Of a stretch of DNA of 64,000 nucleotides, positions 1 through 15,169 are shown piece by piece. This DNA is from Yuukianura sp. NJ FZ-2021. Its lineage: Eukaryota. The notes under the pieces were generated by a model. It ran no database searches, was not told the DNA's origin, and saw nothing but the letters and a program-made list of their open reading frames with translations. A program made the translations under genes and the position numbers. The stretch lies in assembly GCA_046563655.1 (NCBI GenBank), contig CM102289.1, positions 124,001 through 188,000 of the forward strand. The letters are read 5' to 3'. Each line of letters opens with the position of its first letter. The first letter of the stretch is position 1.

Positions 1-248
1 CGGTCATCGACACAGTGGGGACAGGCAGTACTTCTGAGAATGCTTGCATCTCTGCTGGCTACTATGACCCCACTCTGGATGCTCAAGGGAACCCCAAGGG
101 GGGTCAAGGTCACCAACTAGGAAGGGGCAACATCAACATCTACACTCAACGTCAGCAGCACAACACGCAGACTACTGCTTACAAGTGCCTCCTTAACGGA
201 GTCCAGGTGCCCTGCGACAAAGCAACCATTGCGCAGGCCCACGCTTAA
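1..248 (+). CDS. 3' exon of a Gly/Gln-rich small protein, tandem paralog of the gene at 786-1517 (5' part lies outside the window)
   Basis: VIDTVGTGSTSENACISAGYYDPTLD...YKCLLNGVQVPCDKATIAQAHA* aligns with the last exon of the neighbour (TLGSDSTSESACITAGYYDPNLD...YKCVRNGQTVPCDAATIAQAQG*). Confidence 0.75.
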   Translation, partial: VIDTVGTGSTSENACISAGYYDPTLDAQGNPKGGQGHQLGRGNINIYTQRQQHNTQTTAYKCLLNGVQVPCDKATIAQAHA

Positions 249-785
249 CTATCGGCATTTCATTTCATCAATTTAGCAAAGTAACACTTCCTAAAAATGG
301 ACTTTCAATTTTTACCACACTTGTAACATTCTGAAAATTTTGGAAGGGAAAAAAATGAGTTGTAATATAATAATACATTTCTTTTTTATTCTTTTGAAAT
401 AGTTTTCTCAAACTTTTTAAATAGCATCAAACCAGGAAGCGACGCGGTTGAAAAAAAAATGAAAAAGATTATTTGAGTTGAGGTTAATTTGAGAATTGAA
501 GTAGCCACAATTAAAATTAGCGTGGTTTTGAAGTGTTCCAGAGTAAAAATTGAACGTGTCCGTGGTTACCGCAACAGTTTCGGTTGGAGATAAGTTGTAA
601 TCGTCGCTTAGCAACAGTGTAACTTCCATTTCTACCTTGCGGTGGAAACTGAATGTGGAATTGCGGAAAGTGGATAGTTGGTGGTCAGATTTCTCAATTT
701 ACTTTCTCCTATAAATATCACACTCAAATTGACGCAAAGTCCAAATCCACTCTAACTTTTAACAAGGTCTTTAGAACCATAAAAA

Positions 786-1517
786 ATGGGAAAGTTGTTG
801 GCAGTTTGTCTGTTAGCAGTCGTCGTAAGGAAAATCACAAACAACTCAAATCAAATACTCAAGCTTTTTCAAACTGAAATTGAATTTTGAATTGTAGGTG
901 GTGGCTGATGCCCGCGTGAAGCGAGGGCTGGGAGATGTTATTGGTCAGTTTCAAAATGTTCCAATTTTTGTTTTTTGAAATTTCATTTTGTTTTATAAAG
1001 GTCATGGGTTGGGTGCTATTGGGAGCGTCATTCTGCCACCGAGTGCGACCAAGGCTGCGTGTGAAGCTGCTGGACTGTACAACCGAGAGAGAGACGGAAG
1101 CCCACCAAACCGCAAGGGCGGAATCTGTAAGTTCTCTCAACAAATTTCCAAATTTCATTTTTAGTTTTGGTTTTTGAAAATTTTGAAAACTTTTGAAAAT
1201 TTGAACATGAAGTTAGGCCTGCTGGACATGTGATTGGTGGAGTGATCAACACTCTGGGCTCAGACAGTACTTCCGAGAGTGCTTGCATCACTGCTGGTTA
1301 CTACGACCCCAACCTGGATGAGTATGGACGCCCAAGAGTGCAGGGTGGGACCGGAGGTGGGTTGGGAGGTCAAGGTGGAACCACCATCAACGTCCACCTC
1401 AACGGCCAAGGTCAGCAACAGCAACAACAGAACACGCACACGACCACGTACAAGTGCGTCAGGAACGGGCAGACTGTGCCCTGTGATGCTGCCACCATTG
1501 CCCAAGCACAAGGCTAA
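786..1517 (+). CDS. Small secreted precursor protein of unknown family (signal peptide, RVKR site, two ACxxAGxY repeats, Gly/Gln-rich tail); 4 exons ~786-824, 898-943, 1001-1127, 1213-1517
   Basis: Phase-compatible GT-AG splicing gives MGKLLAVCLLAVVVVADARVKRGLGDVIGHGLGAIGSVILPPSATKAACEAAGLYN...; TATAAA at ~710. Confidence 0.75.
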
Positions 1518-1824
1518 ACACTATCAATTTTCAACAATTTTTTGAATTTAAAAAAAGGAATTTGGAAAACAGATTCCACTAAAATTTCGAATTTTCAATT
1601 TTTACAGTCTAGGCTAACATCCGAATTTGAAATTTTTTGTTTCTGCAAATTTTGAAATTCGCCCAGAAAATGAAATAAATTTGGTCGTTGCACAGCATTT
1701 AATTGAGCAATTGTGACACAGGAAGAGGAAACATTTGTTAAAAAACTTGCATTTTTGGAAACATTTTTTTGAGAAGTTATTAGATTTTTTGAAAAAGTTG
1801 GGATTTTGAGACAATTTGAGTAAG

Positions 1825-4454
<2,630 letters not shown>

Positions 4455-4894
4455 GACGCTAAGTGCAAAGATCAAAAATTAGATTTTAAAAAACTCCCGC
4501 TCTTGAACAAAACAAAATGACTGTTTTCAATAGTCTTTTCATCTTTAAGTAGACTACTTGTGGAATTTGATGAGTTAAACTTTGGATGATAGTCTTTGAC
4601 CTTGCGTTCCTCTGAAGCTTCTTTCAAAATGTTTCATCTGACCTCCATTTTTTGAGGTCAAACTGAGTGACCTGGAATTCCAAAAATCCATTGACGTTTT
4701 CATTGTGAAACTTTAAAGTGAATTTACAAATCAACTAAAGTAATTAACAAAATGGAGAATTCAAGTTTTAAAAAATTGTGTATTTGAGACCATGTGTGAT
4801 GTAAAATAAGGACAATTTGTTGAAGTTGAATTTGAGAGAAATGTATCACAGTTTTTGATGAATTGGTATTAAAAATTACAAATTGCGTGAAAGT

Positions 4895-7623
4895 TTATAG
4901 GTCCATTGCCCTTGTGTCTGTGAATCCTGTGAGTTGTGGTTGTCCAGTTTTGACCAAGCTGTTTCTCATGGAAACGCGCTTGACAGTGCTTTGTCTTTTG
5001 AAGAGGATTTCAATTTGTTCGGGTGTTTTGCCCTTCGTTTCCGGAATCACAAAGTAGATGAAGAAGCAGCCAAGGAGACACATCAGTGCAAAGAGTCCAT
5101 AAGACGCAGTCCATCCCAGTCTCAACACCAAATCTTCAAATGTCTTGGCTGTCACGAAACTGAGGATCCAGTAGAACGAAGTCACCACGGAAGTGGCAAG
5201 TCCTGGAAAAAAAATTAACAAACTTAGAAACTCAAAAAAATAAGAAACCCAAAAAACGTTTGTCATTTTTGACAGTCTGTGCCAAAACATTCCACAGTGG
5301 AAAATTGTTTCGCAATTTCTTAACAGTCTGCTCCAAAAAAATCAACACCGGAAATTTTTTTTTCTCAATTTTGACAGTCTATGCCGAAACAGTTCAATGC
5401 GGCTGCTTTTTTACACAGCCGGCGTACCAAATCGTTGAAAGGGCAGAAAAGTTTGTAAATTTTTTAAATGTAAAGGAGCTTTGGACAAGTGGAATTTTTT
5501 TTTAAAGTTGGTTACCTCTGGATTGTGACGGTAGGAGTTCGCTGACGACCAACCACGGAATAGGTCCCATTCCGATGTTGTAGCCAACAGTGAAAGCGAG
5601 GAATGCTGGCAGTGGAATCCAGTTCAGATTCATGTCGTCTTTCAAGTGGAAGAAGAGGCCGAGAGAGCACAGACTGAGCAGCATCACGACTTCTGATGAG
5701 ATGAGGAGCCACTTCCGTCCAACACGGTCCACGAGGAAAGTGGACATGACCACAGTGACGAACTGGAAGGTGGCCACCAGGATGGAGGCCAAGTAGGGGT
5801 CAATGTCAGTTCCAGCAGACTGGAAAACCTGGACAGTGTACAGTGAAACTGCGTTGTTTCCGGACATTTGCTGGAAAAAGAACAGCACGAGGCCAATGGC
5901 AGTCGGTTTGAGCGACGATAGGACGAACAGATCGCGCAGACGAGACGAATCCTCCTTGTCCACTCGGAAATTGTCTTGAATCTGGAAAAAAAAAAAAAAG
6001 TTTTCAAAAAATAACAAATTCTACGAAGAATTTCAAAATATTTACAAATTATATCAAGAATCTGAAAATGTTGCTCAATTATATCAAGAATTTGAACAGT
6101 TTCATGTTTGGGTACAAATTACTGGAATTTGGGGAAATTATTCACTTTTGAAAATTTTCAACTTTTCCAGGAACGACACTTAAGCCAGTCACTTTTTTCA
6201 AAATAGAAACCGGTTTTTTGTGTATCTTTTTTTCTTTTTCTGCGTTTGCAAAAGACTTGGAGAATTGAATGGCTTAAATGCCATTGATACAAGTTTAAAG
6301 ATATGCGTTGATCAGTTCCAAGAATCTTTTTGTGCAAAAGTCTGGATTCGTCATCTGAGAAATGCGACAGAAGGTTGAAAATTGTGAAAATGTAGAATTC
6401 CAACATAGAAAAGCGGAAACTAAAATGAAAAATACTAAAAGTAGGAAATGATTCTTACTGTTTCTAGTTCTGGTTTGACTAGATCTTCTGTTTCTGCTCC
6501 CCTGAGCCACTGGAGTGACTTGAGGGCCTTGAAGGGCTCGTTCTGGCTGATCCAGTATCTGGGTGTGTCCGGCACAAGTGGAAGCAGAATCAACTGGAAT
6601 ATTGGGACAACTGAGCAGAGGAGCGACAGCACAAACCAAGACACACACGATCCAACTGCAAAGCTAAACAGCACTCCAGCCACCAGCATCAGAATCATCA
6701 TGGTGGCCAAGGCTCCTCGGATCCGCACATGCGCAATCTCACCCACGTAAATAGGAATCAACACCAGGTACGAAGCACTGCTGAAACCTAACCAATTTAC
6801 ACAAAAAACTTAGTTTAGTACACAGTTCACTAAAAAGTTTAGTTTAGCAAATAGTTTACAATTTGTGGAGAAAGTGTAGGTGGAATTGAGGAAATGGGGT
6901 GAGATTGTTTGTAGAACGGTTGTTAATCTTTGAAAACAAGATCACTTTTCTTATTTTTGTTATGAGGTTGAGAGGAAGTCAATTAAAGAGTTATGAGAAA
7001 AGTGTTTGTACCTAACCTGAAATTTACAAAAAAGTATAAAACTATTTCAAAAAAGTTTAAAACTAACCTGTGATGACTCTTCCCAAGTAGACCAAGTATA
7101 CAGAAGGGAATGGAAATGCAAGAGCAATGAGAAGCCACCCCAAAATTAGAGGAATCGCCATCGTCAACATCGCTTGTTTCCGACCAACTTTGTTCATCAA
7201 AAATCCTGCGGCAGGAGAAGACAAAAGAGCTCCCAGCTACACGATTCAATCACAAAAAAATTATAAAAAAGTAAAGAATTTTTGAAAGTCATGCTAAAAA
7301 GTTATTTTTTTTGGAGAAACTTACAAAGATTAGAGACGCCATCCATGTTTTTGCTTCTGAAATGTCTCCGAGATCTCCAGAATTTTCCAGATCCGGCAGA
7401 GCAGGAGTTGACCAAGCCAAAACATTTCCTAAACTGAACGATCCAATTGCGGCTGAAAATCAAACAAAAGTTAAAATTTTTTTTTCTAAAATTTAAATTT
7501 TACATTAACTTTTTAGTGCGTAGTTGTACCTGTTCCAGCAGCCATGATTTGGCGTCGTTTCTGAGCACGAAAGGTGGAAGTGGTTGACTCAAGGTCAACA
7601 GAGAGCCGTTTTTCGGATTCCAT
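4895..7623 (-). CDS. MFS sugar porter, facilitated trehalose transporter Tret1-like, multi-exon
   Basis: PIYVGEIAHVRIRGAL, PDTPRY, FFQQMSGNNAV, VDRVGRKWLL, GMGPIPWLVVSELLP, PETKGK sugar-porter signatures; start MESEKRLSVDLE... at 7623 read by hand. Confidence 0.9.
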
Positions 7624-8148
7624 TTGAAATTGTTAAAATATTGGAACTTGGATTTTGAAAACTTTTAAAAAAGTAAAAAGAATTTTGAATGTGTGGAGTG
7701 TTGTTGCTGGTCAGCGTCTGAATTTGAAATGGTTGAATTTTGAGGAGTGCTTGGGGGTAGTTCCTCATTTTATGTGGTAAGTACATGAACCAGTTATTTC
7801 TTGGAAACGTCTTTTGCATCAAACCTGTTTCTAGGCAGAGATGACCAATTGCAAAACCAAGGAGCGGCGTCAGCAAACAAAGCCCTTTTCTTAAGAAAAT
7901 TCATCAGGCTTCGTTTTTTGTGCAAATTGATCCATTTTTTTTATTGGTTATCTCCAGACAAGACTAAAGATTCTATTTTTTAATTCAAGGAGTAACAATC
8001 TGCCGCTTTTTACTTACGACAGAGACAGGTCTTTAGCTGACAGAGCGATGAGTTGTTTGAGAAGAAATGCGAAGATGAGGTCAAAGGTCAAAGAGCTTCA
8101 TGTCATCTGCTTTTTCACTCCACATGTTTCGCCGTTACTAGTGATGAG

Positions 8149-8675
8149 CAGAGCCCCAAAAAATATTTTTTATCAATATTTTAAATATTTTAAATATTAA
8201 TTTTTGATAAATATTTTTGGAAATAAGAAATATTTATTAAATATTTTGAGGTTTTTGAAAAATATTTGCATTTTAAGCCAACTTTTGGGTAAAAACCAAA
8301 ATTTTTCAGAATGAATGGTCAATGGTGAAATAGATGACCATATACTGTACTTAACGCACAGTACTTCTCGTAAGATTTTTGCATACGAGTCGCCGAAATT
8401 GCTTCATCGTGTATGCTAAAAGGAAAAATACGGTAAAATTCTGAAATGACATTACGGAAATCGCTTCAAGAGTAAATTAACAGCCCAAATTCATTGTTCG
8501 AATAAAAACTACAAAGGTTAAACAACTTTTTGTATGCTTTTGGGCGTCTAAAACTCCAATATTTTCCGAAATATTGCTGTTTTTAGTAAATATTTAAGCA
8601 AATATTTTGACAGTTTTTAGTAAATATTTAAATAAATATATCGGTAGTTTATAGAAAATATTTTTTGGGGCTCTG
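8149..8675. mobile_element. Non-autonomous hAT-like MITE (527 bp)
   Basis: TIRs CAGAGCCCCAAAAAATATTTT / AAAATATTTTTTGGGGCTCTG flanked by an exact 8-bp TSD GTGATGAG (8141-8148, 8676-8683). Confidence 0.9.
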
Positions 8676-9335
8676 GTGATGAGTCTCTCTTCATTGAAAA
8701 TAACACTACTTTATTAGGCAAATATTATTGACGAATTTGCACATTCAAATTGAGTGTCTAACGGATATTTAGAGGCCTGTTAACGTTTTTATAGTTTTTA
8801 CAGTTTTCAAACTGCAAAACGTAACGCAAAATTTAATTTGACGAGGAATTTTTCGCATTACACGTAAAAGTGTTGACGTTTATCAGACTGTAATTTAACT
8901 AAATGCTTAAGTGTCAACTATTTAGTTAAGATACGGTACGCATAGTTTTACAACGTATTGTCCTAACATTTTGTAATGTTGCTCCAATGTTTTCGTGTAT
9001 TGTCCCTACATATTTGTCATCACTTTCTAAAAGTTCTCAAGAGAATCTGTTTGAGCGGGATCCCAAAATTCAAAAATAATAACAAATCTACCCGAGTAAA
9101 TTGAGTTTTTCATAAGGCGCAAGTATGTCTATTCCTCGGAAAAATTGGAATAGGTCTTACATTAGGGGAACTCATAGAATTAGAAATCTCGCGTAAGATA
9201 ATTCCTAGTATTAGACACGCCTTTTTGAAATTGTAGTAAAATCGACTCCAACTTCACTGGCCAACTTCACTTAACCTACCGTTGTTGAATCAAAATTGTT
9301 CGTCCAATTAATTGTTGTTAACTAATTAATTGGCG

Positions 9336-10906
9336 ATGGCGGAGGTTACATTGGAGTGGAAAGTGCAGTGTCTGGAGAAGACCGTGGCAGGACTAAGTGC
9401 AGAAGTGAACCGCAGAATGACAATCATGGAGAGGATCCTAACCACTCGAAACGGTAACTTTCATTCATCGCAATTAATCAATTATTGTGTACTAATTAAG
9501 AAACTGTTTGTTTAGAGCAATTCCTGGTTCATAAGAAGCTGATTGAGGAGGAGCAGGCGCTCTACCAAAGTGTCATTGCAAGTTGGGCGGATTGTGCTGG
9601 ATCAGGTTCAGATCAATGTTCGGACAACGTTCAAATTCAAGAGTTGAAGCGTAGTTCCACCGCCGCCTCTTTCCCTTCTTCTCAACGATTGGCCCTCAGA
9701 GCTAAAAGACTCAAAAGTAATCGCTCAATTTACGTTCAAATGTTAAATTCCAGTTTGGTGACTACTATTTTAACTTGCCTAGTATTTGGTTTCAGGTCAC
9801 CACAATTCCAGTTCCTTAGTGAAGTGTGAGAGGATAGAGTCTAATTTAGAGTGGGAAGAGTCCAGAAGTAGTGCTACTTATGGCGATAGCGACACAGAAC
9901 CACATCCAGATGATCAACGTTTCAATTCAGAACAAGAGGATGAGGATGGAGATCCAGATCAAGGTAATACAGTTGCTCAATTACAAACTCATTTCTTTAA
10001 AACATCTCTCTTTTGTTTTAATTCGTTTCATTCGTGTTTAATTTCCAGACAGTTTGGGCAGCAGTGGACTGGAGAAGCGGATTTTTGTCAACTTTTACTC
10101 AGAGGATGGAGGGGGTTTGGATGGAAGCAGCGATCCTGTGTGGATTCATTTTTTAAGGGAGGAGAAGGGAACTGCTGCTCTGTGTAAATACTGCGATCAG
10201 AAAGGATTTCAGCAAATCTACAAACTCAAGACTCCCAGTTTGAGTTTACTACGCAGACACTTGAAGCAAAAACACAAAATATTTGTACCAGTTCTACCAC
10301 CACCATCCACCGACTCCAAGGAAAAGGACAGTTCAGGTAATGAATAACAGAGTTATAAAATACAAACTAAAGTTGATTTTTTGAAAACTGAGAATAACAT
10401 TTTTTCATTTCTCAGAGCACGAGAAGAATCCTTTGCGTAAGACGAATTTCTTGAAGCATGAAGATCACATCTACACTCTCTACGCTCGGAAGAATTCGAG
10501 TCGGTCGCAGTTTTGGAGATGTCGTGACAGAACGTGTTGCGGAAGGGCTATAAACAGAAATGGCACAATTCAAACGACCAGAGAACACTCTTGCTTAACA
10601 ACGTCCGTAGAGTACGCTTCTCAAATATTTAAATAAGGGCTTTTAAAAACTTTGCTAAAGTTTTGCCTAACACTTTTTGATTTTTATAGCTGCGACGCAA
10701 TTCTGCTGCGTGAGAAAGTTCGAGAACTGGCTGGGACTGAGCCGACGATGTCCGTTGCTGACGTAATTGCGATTGCACGGGAAGGTTTTCCGGAAGAAGT
10801 TTTGGAACTCGTGCCACTGGAATCTCTGAGACGAACGATTCGACGCGTACGGCAACTCATGCTGCAAACCTCGGCACAACAAAGAGGAAGTGCAGATTGG
10901 ACTTAA
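9336..10906 (+). CDS. Zinc-finger protein: N-terminal coiled coil, BED finger and FLYWCH-like finger; multi-exon
   Basis: VWIHF...ALCKYC...LRRHLKQKH (BED) at ~10138-10275; HIYTLY...FWRCRDRTCCGRA...EHSC (FLYWCH-like) at ~10460-10595; short GT-AG introns between ORF pieces. Confidence 0.7.
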
Positions 10907-11641
10907 ATGCGCTAGTTCTCTCTTTATTTTAGTTATAAATTTTTAATGCTTCAAAGTATAGCATATCTAATAAATAGGGTAATTTTTTATTTATGAAATT
11001 TTTCCTTCTAATACTTGCGATTCGCAAGTTGCGACGAAGACAGTTGGGTGGAATTTCCCCGATTCTGGGTATTAGTGCATAGTGTTTTGAAACTCCTTGG
11101 TTGAAGTGAGGCAATGAGACGTATGTGTGTCCGTGTAGTATCAGCTGTTGCAGTTAGTTTTGTTTTTACATGCCCAGTTCGTCCATTGCAGGTTAAATTT
11201 TAACGGAGTTTAAATATTTAACCGGAGATTAAAAAATTTAACTGGAGAAAATCGGCCGGTTAAATTTAACCGGACTTTAACCGGCGGAGGAATACAAGAA
11301 TTTTGATACCTTGTATGCCAAGATTGTATGCCAAGATATGTCTTAATTAAATAAAACCATTAGTTAAAAACCGTTAAACTTTGTTTTATGATTAGCTCGA
11401 CTTGAGTAACGTTTTGTCTTTTCAGTTTACGTTCAGCTTTTGAGTCGTGGTTACATTAGTTCTACTACTTCCTTCATTTCGCTTGGATTTCGGATGGATA
11501 CGATACACAGAACATAAACACAGATCATACAAGAGGGCATGGGCAGGTGACAGAAATTAGAAATTGCTCATTGCTAAGTCGATTAATGAGTAATTGAGTA
11601 GTCGATTGCTTGATTACTACACCAATTAATCAACTGTCACA

Positions 11642-13569
11642 ATGCCGATTACCACGAGATCTGGAAGGACGGTACGGGCATTGAAGGAAGTTGACCTTCC
11701 AATTGAGGTAACACATTCGTCACATTTACTTTTACTGGTAAAATTTTACTATCAGTGGGTAACTCCGATTTTCGTGATTTTTTTTTCACAAATACCCTAT
11801 GACCCCCTGACTAGGAAAATACAATTTTTTTCACCCGCTCTCAAAAATTTCCAATTTTTAGAAAATTTTGAAAATTACAATTTCCCCATAAGGGCACATG
11901 TTAATTTTTTTCTCAAAATAGGTTTTTGCTTTTATTTGATTAGGTTAGGTTAGGTTACGTTTTTAAAGGCTCAAACAATGTTATTATATCGTTTAGGTTA
12001 GGTTTGGTTAGGCTTCGAAAAATGGGATTTATTTTTAAGAAAAGTTAACATGTGATCTTATGGGAAATTTCCCATTTTCAAAATTTTATAAAAATTCGAA
12101 AGTATTGAGAGCGGGTCAAAAAAATTATATTTTTGTAGTCAGGGGGTCATAGGGTATTTGTGAAAAAAAAATCACGAAAATCGGAGTTACCCACTGATAG
12201 TAAAATTTTTCCCTTTTACTTCTATATTCGTTCATTATGTTATTCTAATCAAAATGTCCGTTTTTAGATGATTTGCCATATTCTTCAGTATGCCGAGTTG
12301 AAGGAGCTGCTCAACTATCGGTTTGTGAAGAGGAGCTGGAATGAAGCCGCTTTCAGAATCCTCTCCACATCTCCCCATCTCCAGCCATTCACAGTTAAAC
12401 TTCTCAATTCCACAACTGTGGATCGCATACTCAGTCTCCGGTCTACTGCCTTCCAGCCCAACTTCATCACCAAGTTTGATGTCGTCCTCAGCGAATTCAA
12501 CATTTCCACAGTCACGAGATTTGGACTGGAATTCGGAGGGTGTTTAAGACAACTGACGATGGACACTCGCAAGAAGACGACTTCCCTCAAGCGAATGAAG
12601 GCCAAAGTGCACGAGCTTCTTAAACATTGTCCCTTGATTGACACATTGACCATCATTGGTATGAATCAGCTGATCAGTCAACCACAAACGTATTACTTAA
12701 TAGTTTAATTGAATGTTTTGAAAAATTGTCTCTAGGGAACAACGACGGGACGAGTTTCATGGAAGATATAGAAGAAGTTGACCTGTGTCGTGTGAAGACA
12801 CTGACTCTCAAGTCGCCATATGATCCTGTCCTGTCCATCATTCGTCATGCTGTTATCAAGCAGTGGACAAGCAAACTCAGACATCTTTCCAAACTAAACG
12901 TGGCGTGTACTTTGGATCCCAATGAAAATGGACAACTCAAGCAGTTTCTTGTGGAACTCGGCCCACTAGACCACCTCAGTCTTTGCCTTCGATTCAAACC
13001 AGAAAATCGAACAATCTTTAGATCCCTGGCAGCAGCAAAGGTACGAAATCCCTTCATTTCTCCGATTCTGCCCATTTCTGACTTTTGTGAGTATTATTAG
13101 CTACTCTACAAATTCTTAATTTTTTTGACTGTTTTAGATCAAAATCCACGATTTGAACCTGGTTGTGGACATGGACGAAGACGATGACCAGAATCTGCTT
13201 TTCCTGAACTTGTATACTTGGTTGGCCTGGCAAGGACGCCACCTCACTCGTGTCACCCACCAACTCCATACGCAAATCACTGAAGGCCCAATCCTCAACA
13301 AATTGAAGCTCTTTGGCCAGCCACTCCGGACGGCCGGTCGTTCTGGCCAGCCGTTTCGAAACGGCCAATCTTCTTCTCTGTACTTTGTGAGTGTTTTGTC
13401 CAACGATCCAAACGAACCAGTGGAAGAGGATCCTACCGAGACACACTTTGGACTCTTTGCCAACATGGAACAGTCCATCATCAGCATCAACAAGAAAACT
13501 TCCCGAATCCTCAAGTATCTCTTCCCAAACATGAAGATTGTCCACTCCACCCACTACTTTGTCGCTTAA
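11642..13569 (+). CDS. F-box protein with probable degenerate LRR-like region; exons ~11642-11707, 12268-12658, 12737-13040, 13138-13569
   Basis: Splicing joins DLPIE|MICHILQYAELKELLNYRFVKRSWNEAA, a typical F-box; downstream LRR-like spacing (LLKHCPLIDTLTI, LRHLSKLNV). Confidence 0.75.
11740..12209. mobile_element. Foldback/MULE-like MITE in F-box intron 1, long TIRs with a TTAGG-repeat core
   Basis: ACTATCAGTGGGTAACTCCGATTTTCGTG...CCCTATGACCCCCTGACTA is mirrored at the other end for well over 100 bp; flanked by AAAATTTT on both sides; TTAGG repeats at ~11940-12012. Confidence 0.85.
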
Positions 13570-13866
13570 TTCAAACACAAATGTCTTAATAGGCCCCCTT
13601 TTCCATTGTTCTGACGCGCCTTTTTCAAAGGAATTTAAAGCCAGCGTTTACTTTTCCCCAAAAACGTTTGTTTTCCAATAGGTCTAGACATTGCCAAATA
13701 CACCTTGGAATTTAACTTTAAACTTAATTTGTAGATACAGCTAATAAACTTTAAGCAGTTTTTAAAACTAAATTTGAAAAGAGCGAAACGTTTGACTAGT
13801 TTTAGAAAACGTTGCTAAAACGTTTTACTAATTTTTGAAAACGTTGCTAAAACGGTTTAGTTTTTT

Positions 13867-15169
13867 CTATTTGTCGGCAGCTACGATTTCCATTTTGGTT
13901 TGACTGTATCTATTTCCAAGGAGGTTCAACATAAAATATGCGTAGACTTGGCCATCAAACGTTTGGAGGGCAATTGCTATAAAGTTTGAAACTGACTCAA
14001 GGTCAAACGTTTTTGTTAAAATTTTGGACGTAAAGCGCATGTCTCGCGTGCAGTTGTTCAGCAGTTGAGAAACTTGTTCAAATGAGTCATTCAAGCTGAG
14101 TCCATGCTTCTGCACTCCCCTCAGAACTGCGTTGTTCATGTCACAGTTTCTCAAATCTTTCTCAAGTCCAAAAATGTCATTTAGAAGCCCAGTGGCTAAG
14201 TTATAGCTGTTGATGAATATTTTAAAAACCAAACTTTGTCTGACATGAGAAGGCAAAGCGACGTTGCTAAGCGCAGTTGCCGCTTCCACAAAAAGCTGGC
14301 CTCCAGCATCAGCTTCTCGGATCTTCCTCATTGCTTCTTCAGAAAAAGTTTCTGTGCCTGTGCAAGTACTCGAGAATACTTGTCCAGTACTTCCAGTACT
14401 TTCAAATACTTGCCCAGTACTTCCAGCATTTCGTGATGCTTGAGTGAGGTGGATGGCCTCCACTCCCTTGAAAACTGAGCGTTCAAATGGAATAATATTT
14501 TGACGGAAGTTGGGGACCGACTTTTCAAATTTCTGAAACGCCGCGATGTAGAATGCAATGGAAAGAGCGCCAACCGGAAACGCCCTTCCAACTTCCTCCC
14601 ACACTTCAAATTCTCCCGCCAAAATCCTCTCCCACACAAAGTACTTTTTGTATAGAGATTTCAACTCTAGTGAAATTCCTGCTTCTGCGCATGTCTCGTC
14701 CAACGCATCGTCAATCTGAAATGATCCTGCACAGATACTTGCCACTCCTTCAAAAATGTCCGAGTGAACATCAAAGTTCGGAAACACCGTGACAGACAGA
14801 ATGAGCCACCCAAGAAACTTGTTCCGAAGTTGCTCCTCGTCCAGTTCTTCGTGCAAACAGCGATGTTTCCGCACAAAAGCCTCCAGAATCTTCTCCTGCT
14901 CTTCATAATCCAGTGAATAGTAATTGGAACACGGGTATTGTCTTAAAAAAGTACAAAAATAAAAATCAAATTTCAAAATTTCATGAAAAGTGAAAAAATT
15001 ACCCAAATCGAGTAAAAAGTGGAACTTCGCAAATGAGTTTGTCGGCGGTTCCATACAGAGGGTGGTTTATGTTCTCAAAAGTAATGCGGACTTTGACCTT
15101 TGACCCGAAAGGAACTTCATTTGAGGTGGAGCAGGCGAATCGGATTGCTTCCTTTCCCGGAGAATTCAT
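13867..15169 (-). CDS. Microbial-type class I terpene synthase (terpene cyclase fold); 2 exons, intron 14942-15002
   Basis: IDDALDE (DDxxD), READAG (pyrophosphate-sensor Arg region), NDIFGLEKD (NSE/DTE-like) followed by MNNAV, and C-terminal RY; upstream exon MNSPGKEA...PLFTRFG joins in phase through a 61-nt GT-AG intron. Confidence 0.85.

Noticed and set aside
13867..15054. 395-aa single-exon model of the terpene synthase
   Set aside because: Its N-terminal part reads through an AT-rich intron and an out-of-frame exon; the spliced model from ATG 15169 fits better.
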